A DNA stretch of 64,000 bases from Adineta vaga (taxonomy: Eukaryota; Animalia; Rotifera), in the NCBI GenBank assembly GCA_021613535.1, contig CP075497.1:3410001-3474000 (forward strand), written 5' to 3'. The notes under the pieces are model-generated. The model had not been told where the DNA came from. It made no database searches and worked only from the letters and a program-made list of their open reading frames with translations. Positions 40,038-54,086 of the stretch are shown here, one piece after another (positions within the stretch are counted from its first letter, which is position 1; each line of letters opens with the position of its first letter). Made by a program: the position numbers and the translations under genes.

Positions 40038-40400
40038 TTATTTGATTTCGGTGAAATAGGCTACTAAAAAGACAACAGCGCCAATAAATACAATGGTAAT
40101 GAATATATTAACACCGAGAGTAATTCTTGACATGATCTTTGCTTTTCTAAGATAATCTCTTTCTGCAAGTTGTTTTGTATATATAGACAATAATATAGCA
40201 AAGATACCTAATATTATTGCACCAAATAAAATATTAATTTGTGACCAAATCATGTAATCAGTAATAGTTCCTTCTCCTATTTCAGAAGTCGTACTGAATA
40301 CGGTTGATTTATCTTCAGATGCTGATTTCTTTTCTTCTGATAATTGAATTGGTCCTGTCGGTTTGTATTTCTCTGATGCTGGTGGTAGTTGGTGTGACAT
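40038..40400 (-). CDS. CD225/dispanin (IFITM/PRRT-like) membrane protein, intronless
   Basis: ITDYMIWSQINILFGAIILGIFAILLSIYTK...D..RKAK.MSR.TLGVNI has two hydrophobic segments with CD225 spacing. The true start may be 40530 across a 1-nt frameshift. Confidence 0.75.
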   Translation of the reverse strand: MSHQLPPASEKYKPTGPIQLSEEKKSASEDKSTVFSTTSEIGEGTITDYMIWSQINILFGAIILGIFAILLSIYTKQLAERDYLRKAKIMSRITLGVNIFITIVFIGAVVFLVAYFTEIK

Positions 40401-41475
40401 TCATCGGGGCTTGTGATATGGCAGGATATAAAGATGTTATTGATATGTAGAACGGATCTCGACTATTTTTACTTAGATTATTCAAGTTATTTTCAACTGT
40501 TTGTGCTTGAGAAAAGTCGTTGATAGCCATTTATAAATGCTGTCCTTGTCACAGCTAATAATAATAATATTTCAGTAAACAGCAAAACCATAAAATATTT
40601 TTTTATTCTGTTGATTTTCTTCATAATATGTTTTATTTTATAAAATTCACCATGAAAAGAAGAAGAAGAATATCTGGAATATTTATTTTGACTGGAAAGA
40701 AAGTTGAATGTATATATCAGTCATGTTGAATTCAATTTAATGATATATTAGTTGACTTACACTAAGAAAAAGACTTTGACTTGTGACGTCAATAGAAAAA
40801 TTAAAAAAAGATGGATCGAAGATATATCTGATATATTCTATCACGTATATAGTAGCTAGAATGCTATCAACAAATACAAAGACGAGATACAGTGAGTTTA
40901 ATTAAATTGTAAAAATTATCGATTGAAAAGATTCTCTAGCTATTGTACAGACAGATTGTTATGTAGTTTTCTATGAATCCTTTTTGTATTCATCGTCTTA
41001 TATGATACAAATGATGGTGATATTGCAAAAACAGATCAAATTCATCAAGCTATACATTGATATAATGACAATTCAACCACACAACTATCCATCATATGAA
41101 ATGTATAACGTTATATTTAGTCAATTTGATTTTCTAATTATTTATCAATCAGAATGATACATATGCCGACCAAGTGAATATCTATTTTCGCTACAAAACA
41201 TTAAGGATATCACTGTTGGTATATGAGATTCTCCAGATATTATCGTTCAGTTTCTAATGAATATTTGATATTCGGGTTACCATTTAATTAGTTAAAACGT
41301 AGCAGATAGCGCCATCTATTTAGACCGACGATTGGTTCAACTTAAAATTCACATATTTTACCAATCGTAGTAATTTCATCTGCCAGACAGAACATTGGAT
41401 CGTTGTGTTTAATTTGATCAGTAAAATAAACTCGAGTTGAGACGTTTCTAAATTGATATTTATTTTAGAAAAAGT

Positions 41476-42556
41476 ATGGTTCGTCATAATAAAGATGCAA
41501 ATTCATCCGAACATGATGATCGATCATCACGACCACGTCGTAAACAAACAAGACGACGAGAAGATAAAGATGATGAACCATCATCGACAATACCAACTGG
41601 AGATTTACAAATTCGTAATAAAATGGTTCGTCAATTATTCTATGCAAAATTAAAACGTTCGAAATCAAAAGCAAAACTAAAAGAACGTAAAGAAAGACAA
41701 AAATCTGATGGACCAAAAGAAGAACCACAAACGATTGAAAAAAAACGTAAACGTGATGAAACATGGGTTGATGAAAATGATCAAGAAACATTAGATGATA
41801 TTTCCAATGATGAATTGAGTAGTTATTTTACTCGACAAGCTGATGGAACTGAACCAAAGTTATTATTAACCAGTCAAGAAGGTTTTCCAACATCATTAAC
41901 AAATAAATTTCTCAAAGAATTAGCAAGAGTTCTACCAAATACAACTTATTTTCAACGACGACATCATCCAATTAAACGAATTATTAAAAAAATGAATCAA
42001 TTAAAGTAGCACATACCTTTCATTTATCGTTACAAGAAAGAAAACTGTATTTTTATTTCATTTTAGTTACACAGATTTACTTGTTGTCAACGAGGATCAT
42101 GGTAAACCGTGTACTCTTTACATTTCTCATTTACCCGAAGGTCCAACAATGAAATTTCGTTTAACAAGTGCTCGTTTATCTAAACATCTTCGTTCAAATC
42201 GTGGTAAATCTTGTGCAAAATTAACCATGCGACCTGAAATTATTCTCAATAATTTTAATACTCGTGTCGGTATTCGTGTTGGTCGTCTTCTTGCAGCATT
42301 ATTTCCTCATGATCCTCAATATAAAGGACGTCATGTGATTACATTTCATAATCAACGTGATTATATCTTCTTTCGTCATCATATGTATCTATTTAAAAAT
42401 GATAAAAAAGTTGCATTACAAGAATTAGGTCCACGATTTACATTGAAACTAAAATCCATTCAACGTGGAACATTCGATGCAATCTATGGTGAATATGAAT
42501 GGATGCATAAGCCAAAACATAAAATGGATACAGGAAGAACAAAATTTTTTCTGTAA
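41476..42556 (+). CDS. RPF1: Ribosome production factor 1 (Brix domain), 2 exons
   Basis: Motifs [75 protein letters not shown] and GEYEW. Confidence 0.95.
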
Positions 42557-42851
42557 TTGTTTTGTTATGTGTTGAATAAAAACAAAAGAAAATAAATATC
42601 TCGATATAGCAAAATGTTTTGATCTTTCACATCATTTTATGAGAGTACTCGGTATGATCAAAGAGATATGAATTATTCAAAAGTATCGCATTTCTTCGAA
42701 GTACTTCATTTTCACTATATACACATTGTTTGATTATACGATAATATTAAAGATTGTTAATCACTCGTTTTTTTCTTCTTCGTGAATTGAATTAACAATA
42801 GTTGGAAAAGAACACTTCTTTACATGATCAAAATAGTTGTTGATGATTTGA

Positions 42852-45773
42852 TTAGGGTCGACGGGATCCTCGCCATAATTTTGTTTTTTGTTGTGTATGG
42901 AATCGAATGAATGGTGCAGCGACAAGAAGAGCTAAGGTCGATCCGACTGTTAAGAAAAGAAAAATATAAAATAGGATTTTATCAACTTTTGTTGCAATTG
43001 CACGCCAATCATTCGTTATTCGTTGGTCACGTTCGAGTTCTTTCTGTGTTCGTAATAACGTATGTAATGTATCTTGAATTTCATCATGAACAGTTCCTGT
43101 TGAAGTTGAACGAGATTTTGAATGACGTCTGATAGAATTTTCAGCTTGTTGTAAACGTGATAAACGCTTATACTTCTGTTCTTTTGAAGTTGAGAGATCG
43201 ATTTGAATGGAACTACTCTAAATATAGAAAAAAAAGCATTAGATAAAAAGAAACTACTTCACCATTTTTCTACTAATAGTTCTTGAAATATCAAAAGTAT
43301 CGATTAGATTCCTCTGATTGAACGTATAGTGTCTGTCATTGAATATATTAGATAGTTGAAACAAATCGATTCTATATCAATAAGTTATATTTATTGTTCT
43401 TTTCAATCTAAGTGAAAACTGTGGTCGAAACGTAAATGATGTTATTCAAAGTAATGAAGATTATATTTACCAAACTTGTCAGTAACTACTTGAAAACTAT
43501 TTGTTTATTCATGCACATAAATAATAACTTAACAGTTATCTTTCTTTTTTGTTTTTATTAAGAGCAAGCTAATTAATTTATGTCATGCTTACAACGTGAA
43601 AGTCATGCACTTGATTGGATTGTATCTTCTTCTTTTCCTACGATTTCCTTTTTTAATGGAAATCTGATTCAACATATGTCTTTTTATTGACTGAAGATAT
43701 AATTACATCCATTGTTTATCTATTGAAAGGCAAACTTTTTTTTCTGTCTGATAAATGGTTAACTAATTGAAGATGTCTTTTCTTTGACTATCATTTCTAA
43801 TTCACGGAGTGAATTTGTAGGACAATTCTTCTATCTCAAATAACTTAATCTTTACTATTTTTAGATAGAATCGATCTGTCTATGAAAAATTCATATAATT
43901 GTTTACTTTGAAGATACAATAGATAATTATTGTTCAGAAAAGATTCACTGAACTGAAATAATAACGAATCCAAACGAACTTACATCTGTTGTTGCTGTAG
44001 TGGTTATTACTGGTTTTGTTTTGGTTTCATTAATATAAGATAATTTCAATCCATTAGCAGCCATACGATTGTATGATAAAGGACTTCGATCACGATCATG
44101 TATATTGATTTTCCGTTCAGTTGGTTCTTTTCCTGAACATGGACATTTGAATTTTTTCGATTTTCGAATGGTTCGAAAAATATTCGCAACAGATAAACTC
44201 AATAATTGTTGTAACCAAAATGGTATTTCATTCTTTTTTGGACCACGATAATGTAGATTAAGAACAAGTACAGTCATCATAACCGATACACTTGTCATAG
44301 ACATAACTGTCGTTAAATATAAACCTAAAAATAAATTAAAGAAAACAAACGTGATAAAAAGAAGAAGAAGAAGGAGAAGATTTTACCAATTAGTGGAATA
44401 TATTCACTTGTTTCAGGCATACTTTCAGCAATAGCTAACATAAAAACACTAAATGCAAGTAACACAGTGATTCCCAAAGCAATTTTTTCACCAGATTCGG
44501 GAGGTAAACAAAAGACAAGTAAAGTTAAGACTGATAACATCACACATGGAAAAACAACTGAATATAAATAATATAAAATTCGTCGTCGTATTCGAACATA
44601 AAATGTTATATCTGGAAATGGTTCCGGACAACATGGATATCGTACAATATTAACTTGATAAGATGTATCGATCAAATCCCATTCACCATTTGGAACATAG
44701 TTTGATAATTCAATTGCATTATCACGTTCAGCTATTGACACTTGATAACCATTGTAAGTCCAACTACCAAATTTTAACTTACATTCTTGTTCATCATATG
44801 GAAAATACGTCACATCAATTTGACATGTACTTTTTAAACGAGTTGGAATTGGCCAAAATACACTTCCATCATAATCAATCATTGCATTGGCTTGCATGAT
44901 ATTACTATTAGAAAATTCATCGGCATTCTAAAATATTGAAAAGCTATTTTCATAGTTTTTTTATTCTTTTTCTTCTTCTTTTACATTATAGAGAACTATA
45001 TCTGGTAACCAGATGAGTTTAGATGGCAGATTGAGACGACGAATTCCATTGAAATCATCAGGATTCCATCGAAGAAATTCATCGGTCCTATATGATAGAT
45101 CAGGTTTGTTTTGGTATTAGTGAAGATTATTCCTATAAACTTACCATCCTTGATCAAGCCATACATTCGTAATCAATATTTGATTTTTTTCCATCTGTAA
45201 ATAGAACAAATTTAAAAAGAGTACTCATTTTATATAATTTACCATATCAAATATTTGTGTTAAGGTTAAACCAAGTTTAATTGGGACTGGCATACTAGCA
45301 TTTCGTACTGGTCGAACATTATTCGAATAGTTTCTAGTTATATACAAATCATTTCGAAAAAGAAATTCAAAAAAGAAATTTTACTTCATAAGAAAATAGA
45401 GAAGATGTTGTTCATCTGAACAATTGATTCGTGTTCGATTACTACAGTCAACTAATGTACCATATGGTGATCGATATTCTTGACAATGAATCATACCTAA
45501 TCATTTTAAAAAAAGAAGAAGAAGAAGAAAATTTCAAAATGTTGAAGAGGTAGAAATACTAAGATCGATGATTATGAAAGCATTTTAATGATATTCTACA
45601 TTAAAATTCAATGAAATACTTGAGTTTGTCTTTCATGTAGATAGAAAGATACATAAGAAAATAGTCTATATCTATCTAAAACGGTACTTACTAGATAATG
45701 TAAGTGTTATAATGATAATAATTATAATTGATATGATTGATCGATTGTTTGAAAATAAAGAAAAAGAATTCAT
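42852..45773 (-). CDS. Nicotinic acetylcholine receptor alpha subunit (alpha9/10-like), multi-exon
   Basis: WLPDIVLYN, Cys-loop [15 protein letters not shown], vicinal cysteines [10 protein letters not shown], cation-type M2 [21 protein letters not shown], and M4 after [10 protein letters not shown]. Confidence 0.93.
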
Positions 45774-46746
45774 ATTGATATTGAAAGAAATTCGATAGGT
45801 TTATTTCGAAGAATAACAATAACTAGAAGTATTGACAGAGTTGAATGTTCTGGTATGCTTGCTTGCTTTTGCAAGACGAGAACATGTCTTCTACTACTTG
45901 TCGTCACTCAGGGAAGAAAAAAAAGGAGAAAGAAGAAATCTCGAGAAAACGAGAGAAAAAGAGGGAGATGTAGAAAATATGTTTTGCCTTTATATTGAGA
46001 AATACGATGAATCGTATTACATTGATGTGTACATGTTATTAATCACACATACAAACACTTTATTGTTTTCTGTACATGTCATTTGTCTTATCCAAAACTG
46101 TTTGACAGTAATTCTTAGTTAATTTGTTAGTTGTCATTATATATATAATGAATATATGAATTGGTTTTTAACTAATAAAGATGCAGATGTGAACATATCT
46201 ATGTCAGTTTTGTGAATTATCTCGACTTATTCATAATACTGTCTATGGTAATATCTGTTTGTCAATATATAGATGAAAATATGGAAGTTTTTTTTTTCCC
46301 TAATAAAAGTCAAGAGATTAATCTGTTTATTGATCTTGACAACAAATTCTTCTTGTTGAACTTTCAAAGAAAAAGATTGTTTTTATTTGAATTGAATTAC
46401 GTATGTATGTATGTCGTAAAGTAATAGATATAATTACAAGAAAAGAAAGAAAAAAAAAAGAAAACAACACAAATGAATAACAAACAAAGGGAAAAGATTT
46501 GCTTTCGTTTAAATGAGATACCCTTTGTGAAAGAAAACAGAACAAAAATGGCAGTGTAATTGGATAAGAATGTGTGTCGCATGGATTTTTCTGATGAATT
46601 TGAGAGACTTTGTTGTGTGTTCTCGAATTCATATTGACTTTGAAAATTAAAATGATTAATTATGTACGAGTGATACTCGTTAAAAAAGTAGAAAGATCAT
46701 CTTCTACTTCTTTTTTTATATAAACTCTATACATCAATGGTGTCAT

Positions 46747-49700
46747 TCAAAGATCATTCAGTTTCATTCGATTATCCCCGAAGTTCTGTTGCTGTTGATG
46801 AAATGGACTGTTCGATTTAATGATTAAATCATCATCATTTAATGTATGTCGAGATCGAAGAACACTACGAAAATCAATTTGTTTCGTTTCATTAATTACA
46901 CGACGTTTTGATAATGTTTGACCAGTACTTAAATCTTGACCAGTCTTACGGAGCAGAACATGAAATGCATATTTGGGTTGAGTTGACATGGAAGATTCCT
47001 GCAAGGAAAGAAAAAGAATAGATTTGATCTGCATGTAATAAATTTCCAGAATGTTCTAATCATCGATTCATTTACATTTATTAATTCTTTGGATAAAAAA
47101 TTATTTATTAGAGTATTTTCAATCACGATTCATTGGATTATTTTCATCATATTTTATGATTTAGAGAAATTTTCTTCATTAGATTGTTGAAGACAATAGA
47201 GTATCTATATCGAAACATGCATATTAGTTCTTTTTTCAAGGAAAATAAGGTATGATGATTTGAGTAATTCATTGTTCATAGAATAAAAAAAGCAATTAAA
47301 ATATTTATCTAATTTTCCTCATGGACACTCGAACATAAAACGTTTCAGGATGTAATAATTTTTTGATTAGTTTTGTAAATATTTCTTTAGGGATCAATAT
47401 TCATTCTTAGTATTAAGAATAAGTTCTTGTTGTGTCTCGAAAATGCACTTTTAAAAAGATATTGAATTTACCCGTGTGATTGGTTTTACTGATTGATGTG
47501 ATGGTGGTGGTGGTGGTGGTGTTGGTTGTGGTTTCGGTGATGACGATATATGATTTGGAAAAATTGTCGGTGGTGTTTGTTTTTTTTGTAACAAAGGTTT
47601 ATGATTATTGGTAATAAATGAAGCAATACCTCGTGGTTTTATTTGATTATTTCCATTGAAATGAGTCGGACGATTATGATTCTGGGCACCAGAATAGCCA
47701 AAACGTTTAAAGACGGGTTGTTGATTTTTAATATGTTGTTTTTGATATTCTTGCACAGCATCTAAGACAGTTATGGGTTTCGGACTATGAGTTTGTTCAA
47801 TAGATAGATGTGGTTGTGATGTAACATTGACTTGAGTAGAAATAATAGATTGATTTTGAATGTGATGTTTGTTGGGAATATTATGATGATGATGATGATG
47901 AAGTTGATTGTAATAATGTGAATGAACTGATGCAGCCGCCTCAGCTCGTGCAAAGATGTCTCTAACTTGTGCAAATTTGGATACAGATGATGATGATAAT
48001 GGTGAAGGTGATCGATTTTGTATCGTTATTTGATGTCGAGATCGTGGAGATGATCGAGAAGCAAGGAAAAGTGCAGGTGGTGGTGGAGGTAATGAAATCG
48101 ATGAGGAGATCATTGATGGTTTTATTGAAGTTGGCGCATCTGGAGGTGGTAATGGTGGTGAGAGAATGACAAATGGTGATGGTGATGGTAATGGTAATGG
48201 TAGTGGTGGTGGAAACATACATTGAGAAAACTTTTGTAAATATTTATTACATCGACCAGAATTGATAGATGGAGGTTCAATCGATTTCGAAGGTACACAA
48301 TAATTTGTTTTAACAATTCTTGTAAAAAAATCATTACTTATCAATTCAATTTGTTGTAAGAAACAAAGAATTTGAGCTTGAAAACGTTGTCGATAAAGTG
48401 AATAAGCTTTTCGTACAATAAAACCACGATAACATTTTTGAATTATCGTCGCTGCTGATTCATATGCATTCGTTGATTTTGATTTCTTGTTATTTATCCG
48501 TTGAAAATGATGACGTTGAAAATAACCACGAAGGCATGATTGAATGCGAAGAGCAGCTTTTTCTTTTTCTGATTGTTCATTATCTACAATTGGCTAAAGA
48601 AGAAAAAAAACGACAATAAAAACGTTTTCAAAGAGAACAATAAACGAACTCGTGAAAATTTCGGATGTCGATGAAGTTCTTGAATAATCATATCATTCGA
48701 ATGTTTATATTGTCGTTGTTTAAAACGTGAACGAGCTAATCGCATTCGAACATATGATTGAATTGTAATTATTCCACGCATCATATCCGTATAGAGACGA
48801 GATAATTGTTCAGCATGATAATATTTCAAAAACACTTTACTTTTACCTGGAAAAATTACAAAAAAAAGTGATTTCAAAACGTTCGTTCATACAAACAAAT
48901 ACAAACCGGTTGTCCAATTTTGCATCTTTAATTTATGTAAAATATTTTCACATGTTTCACGTGTTAATGGTAAATCCATTGTAATTGGATAAGCAAGGAT
49001 TGAATAGCGTTGAACAAACGTTGCAAATGGTATTCGATGTGAAAATCCATACCGACGGATTTTTGCCGCTAAAACAAAATTTACTTGTATCTAATAGATT
49101 CAGATTGCTTTTCTTACCTGCAAGAATTCCACTGTATTTCAATTGTTCAAGAATTGTTTGAGTATCGAAACATCCTGGTATACGATCATTATTTGGTTTA
49201 AAACAACGAACGAATCTCGGTGATCCATGAACCATTTTGGAAAAGAGATCCGTTAATGAATAACGAAAATATGTACCAACTGTTGCTTGTACACGATTAT
49301 GACTGGCATTTAATGGCAGTAATGTATTCGTAATATCGAAATTATTTATTGGAATTTCATTTACTGATGAAGTATATCGTTGATTATCATTATCGGGTAA
49401 TGTACCTGTTTTAGTTAGAGAAAATTGAAATAATGAACTAACTAATTGAACACGTGATGAACGGAGTATTTGAATGATTTCCGGTGCTAAATAATCACGA
49501 TTCTTTTCTAGAAAACCACGAGCATCGTATTGAACTCGACCGGCAAAATGTATAATAGAAAATGATGGAATGAATTGAAGAGTAGATGATGAAGATGAGA
49601 GAGAATGTTGTGAACTCGAAGAAAAACTTGATTTTGAACGAATATATAAAGGAGAATTGGAAAAATTTGCATTTAATTTATCAACTAAAGTGTAGTCTGT

Positions 49701-50450
49701 TGCTTTAGGAAAACGACTTTCTTCATCGATTAATGCTAAGATTCCAACCTAAAGAAAACATTTCATTCAAAATATCTTCTAACATTTAAAATAATCAAAC
49801 TCACTGGTTTATTTAGAAACATATCTAATAATGGTCGATTATCATAAAAAGTAAAGTCCATCTTCGCTGGTAATGGTAGTACATTAAGATTTTCATTGAT
49901 ATATTCTTGTCTTTCACATGCAAATACATGTTGATTGAAATAATATTGAATTTGTTCATTCGCTATGTTAATACATAGTTGTTCGAATGTATTGGTGGAA
50001 AAATTTTCAAAACCAAATATATCTAAAATTGCGATTTTCAATGCATCTGAATCATTTATTTGTTTGTTTAGATTTGAATTTATTGAGTTTAATGATGAAT
50101 TGATTGGTTGATTCGATGAGTTTAGTGTTAATGCTTCTTTTTTAATTGATGGTATAGCACGTAATAATAATGGGGAAGACGGTTGTTTTGCATTAATGCA
50201 AAGATTATTTGATGATTGATAATGTTTTTTAACATTATTTTCAACTGTTTTCTTTCTTAGAGCTAAATTTGTTTCACTTATTGCTCGACTGGATAGATTC
50301 AATCGTGATTGATGAGATTGAAGAATTTTATTGGTTGATTTTTGTTCGACAACTTTCACCCAACTTGTTGATGATGATGCAGCCACAGCTTTTGTCCAAT
50401 TTTCAATTAAATTTCGAATTGGTTTATCATTTGATGATAAGTTATTTTTA

Positions 50451-50490
<40 letters not shown>

Positions 50491-53400
50491 AATCATTGAT
50501 TAAGTTTGTTGTATGAGAATTATTAACTGAATGATCTGATGGCATCGGAGTGTTACTTGTATTATTATTATTATTATTTGTATTTAATAGATCATCATCA
50601 TTATCATCATCGACGTCGTCGTCATCTGCTGTTTGAAATAAATATACTGATGAAGATGTTGTATCTAAACAATCAAATGTACGTTTCATTGCATACATAA
50701 TTGTTGGTGGTGGATAAGATGTGATGAGAAGAGGACTTGTGTGATTCGGCTCTTCATCTATTTCATTTTCACATGGATTTTCTTGATTATTATTATTATT
50801 TGTATTGTAATCATGATTAGAATGAATACTTGAATCATCATTCGTTGAAGGATTTATTGTTTCTATCGTTGGAGCAAGTAATGCAGAGATTCGATTAACA
50901 ATCCAAGAAAACAGTCGATTATAAACTAAAAGAAAAAAAAAGAAAGATTATATCAAGTATTTACGTTCTTTCTTTTTTGTATAGGAAACTACTTACGAGC
51001 TTTTGCCATTGCATCTCTTGTTGATTGTGATTCTTGTAATGTTGTTGAACGTTGAATTGTTTCACCACGTGTAACGATATTACACGTTGTTAATGCAATA
51101 TCAAATTCAGTTATATCAATACCAAATAATTCACATACAATTTGAAGTAAATAACGATCTGATAGACATGTTTTTCCATCAATAAAATGTCCTTCATTTT
51201 GATGAAAACTTATATTTCCTAAATGTAAAAGACCAGCTAATATCCGATAGATAGATTTCACTTCATTAGAATGAAAACCAATAATTTCAAAACATTTTTC
51301 AATGGCTGCAAATTTTGATTTGAAACTTTCCGATAAATCTTGGTCATCTTGTAAACCTGTTGTTAAATAATGATATGTTTGATTTGTTGATAGATAAAAT
51401 GCTTTTTCATCGTTTGGTATCGATGAAGCTAAACCATGAAATAAATAATAAAATATATGAAAATTTCTTTCAGAATGTCCTTGATTAACTACACGAGTCT
51501 TTTCTAAAAGATATTCGGATAAACGTGCACCAGTAACACGTCCTTGTTTTGTAAATAACATTTCAAGATATTTGCCAAATCGTGACGAATTATCATTGAT
51601 TATCGTTCGAGCATTACCAAAACCTTCGATTAATGGATTGATTTGAAGAATCTTTTCTTGTAAACTTTTATTCGGTGCATTGCCAAGAAATGTTAATTGT
51701 TTAACAAGAAAATTTGCTGATTGTGTTTTACCTGATCCACTTTCGCCTGATATAACAATATATTGATTTTCTAAATCATGTAACATTGCTTGATAAGTAA
51801 AATCAGCTAATGCATAAATATGTGGTGGTTGTTCACTTTTGATACTAGAACGATACCGATTCATTGCATCTTTTCCATACAATGGTAATGATTGAAATGG
51901 ATTAACAGCCTAATACGAAGAGAAGAGATGGATTTCTTTTGAAATGATTTAAACGAAACTTACAACAAGTATATCACCAATATATGTATAGATTTGATTA
52001 GCAAGAAATCGATCGTACATATAAGTAATAATTGATTGTTCATCGAAAGTTTCTAATTGTGCTAGATCATCAGTTGAAAATACGGTAGGTTGTTGTACTG
52101 ATGGAGTATCGTTCATTTTACCGGATGGATTAACAGAATAAGTTGAATCATATGTTGAATTATAAAAATTTGAATTGTCGACTTTCTTCGATAATGAAGG
52201 ATGACAGAGAGGATTGGAATCATTCATAGATGAATGGACCTTATTCTGTATACTTGGAGAGTTATGATTTGGCTAAAGATAAAATAATTCAATGTTCTTT
52301 TTCTATTTTCAATAAAGACAAATAAACTTTACTTCATTTGTAGGTAACTGTTGTTGTTGTTGTTGTTGTTGTTCATGTTGTGTTGGTTGAGACTTTCGTT
52401 TCGTTTTATAAACTTGTGTTTGCTGTTGTTGGACTTGCTGACTTGAATCATTATAATAGTGATTTTGATAATGTTCATTTTCAAATGCTAATAGCGATGG
52501 CGCTGGTGACGGCGGCGGTGGAGCTGCACGTTTATGATTCTCAACAATTTGATGTGGTGGATTGTATGGTTTTCCAATGACTTGTATCATTCGTTTTGGT
52601 GGTGGAACTAACGGTTCAATAGTTGGTGAATAAGGTTTTTTTGAAGCATCAATTGCTGCTGATGAACATGTTTCGGATTTGCCTCGGATACGTCCGTTTT
52701 TGACACCACATGTTTCACGAGATTTTTTTCCTGATAAATCATAACAACGTTTATATCGATGAACAATTTGTACAATACGTCGACGAGCTTCATTTGCATC
52801 GGTTGGTATATGTGTTATAAATGGATGAGTTAACATTTGACCAACAGTTGGTCTAGCTTCGAAATCTTTTATTAGACATTGATGAATAAAATCATTGAAT
52901 TCTTTCGACCAATCTTGTGATTGACGTAAAGTTGGTGGTGGATTTCGAGGTATAGATACAAGTGCACGCATAGGATGCATATCCGCTAATGGAGGTTCAC
53001 CTAAAAAAGAAAATTAATGTTCCATCTATAAATGTATTCCATCGTAAGATAAAATTCTATTTACCTTCAGCAATTTCAATTGCCGTTATTCCAGTTGACC
53101 AAACATCAGCACGTGTGTCATAATCATAATCCATTTGTCTTTCACATGCAATCACTTCCGGTGCCATAAAGAATGGTGTACCAACAGAAGTATTTCGTCG
53201 ACCATTATTCGGATTTAAATATGCACTTACACCAAAATCAATTAATTTAACATGACCATCGCCAGTAATTAAAATATTATGACCTTTTACATCACGATGA
53301 ACAACATTATTTGAATGAAGATGATACAATGCTTTTAATGTTTCACGTATAATATAAGCAATAATTGATTCATCCAATCGTTGATTAGCTTTTAGTGTTG

Positions 53401-54086
53401 CTTTAGCTAAATCAGTAACACTACCTCCTGTACATAATTCCATGACTAACCAAAGTTGATCGAGTGGTAATGGTTGACAGATTGAAGTTGGACTAACGAG
53501 ACTTGTAATTGATTTTGTTTCAATTGATAGTAGACTTGTAGTGTCAACTGGAATGGATGGCGAAGTAATAGGATTTCGAGGTGGAGGTGGTGGAGGAAGT
53601 GGAGCACGTTTTAAATAAGCACCATAAAAACGACACATATTTTCATGATTAGAAAGTTCAAGAAGGACACGATATTCTTGTTCAATTTCTTCGAGAACTT
53701 CATTCGTTGGATGCATAATTTTTACAGCAGCATTAAAATCTGGATTACGTACATTTTTTGCCTTAATTAAAATACAAAATTTCGATAAAGATACGCAAGA
53801 CGACTAATTTGTTACTTACACGAAATACTTCACCGTAAGTACCATCACCAATATTTTCAAGTAATTGCCATTCACGATCTGGTGATGGTAGATCATCAAG
53901 TCGAAAAAAATTACTGTTACATTTATTGTTCGTTTGTTGATTAACGGATACTAAAATTGATTGTGTATGTTGTCTTGATGATGGACGTGAGTGAGTACGA
54001 GGTGGAATAGGTGGCACTGAATCGACTGATGAAAGAATTGATGGTAATTGTTGCTGATGATGACGATGATGAAGTAGCTGTGACAT
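46747..54086 (-). CDS. MYO3: Class III myosin (N-terminal STE20-like kinase, motor, IQ motifs, Pro-rich tail)
   Basis: Kinase: [30 protein letters not shown]. Motor: [35 protein letters not shown]. About 3 IQ motifs and a tail DFRSVLR. Confidence 0.93.
50449..50488 (-). repeat. (AAT)n microsatellite encoding poly-Asn in the myosin motor insert
   Basis: Read directly; the ORF translation shows a run of ~13 Asn. Confidence 0.9.
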
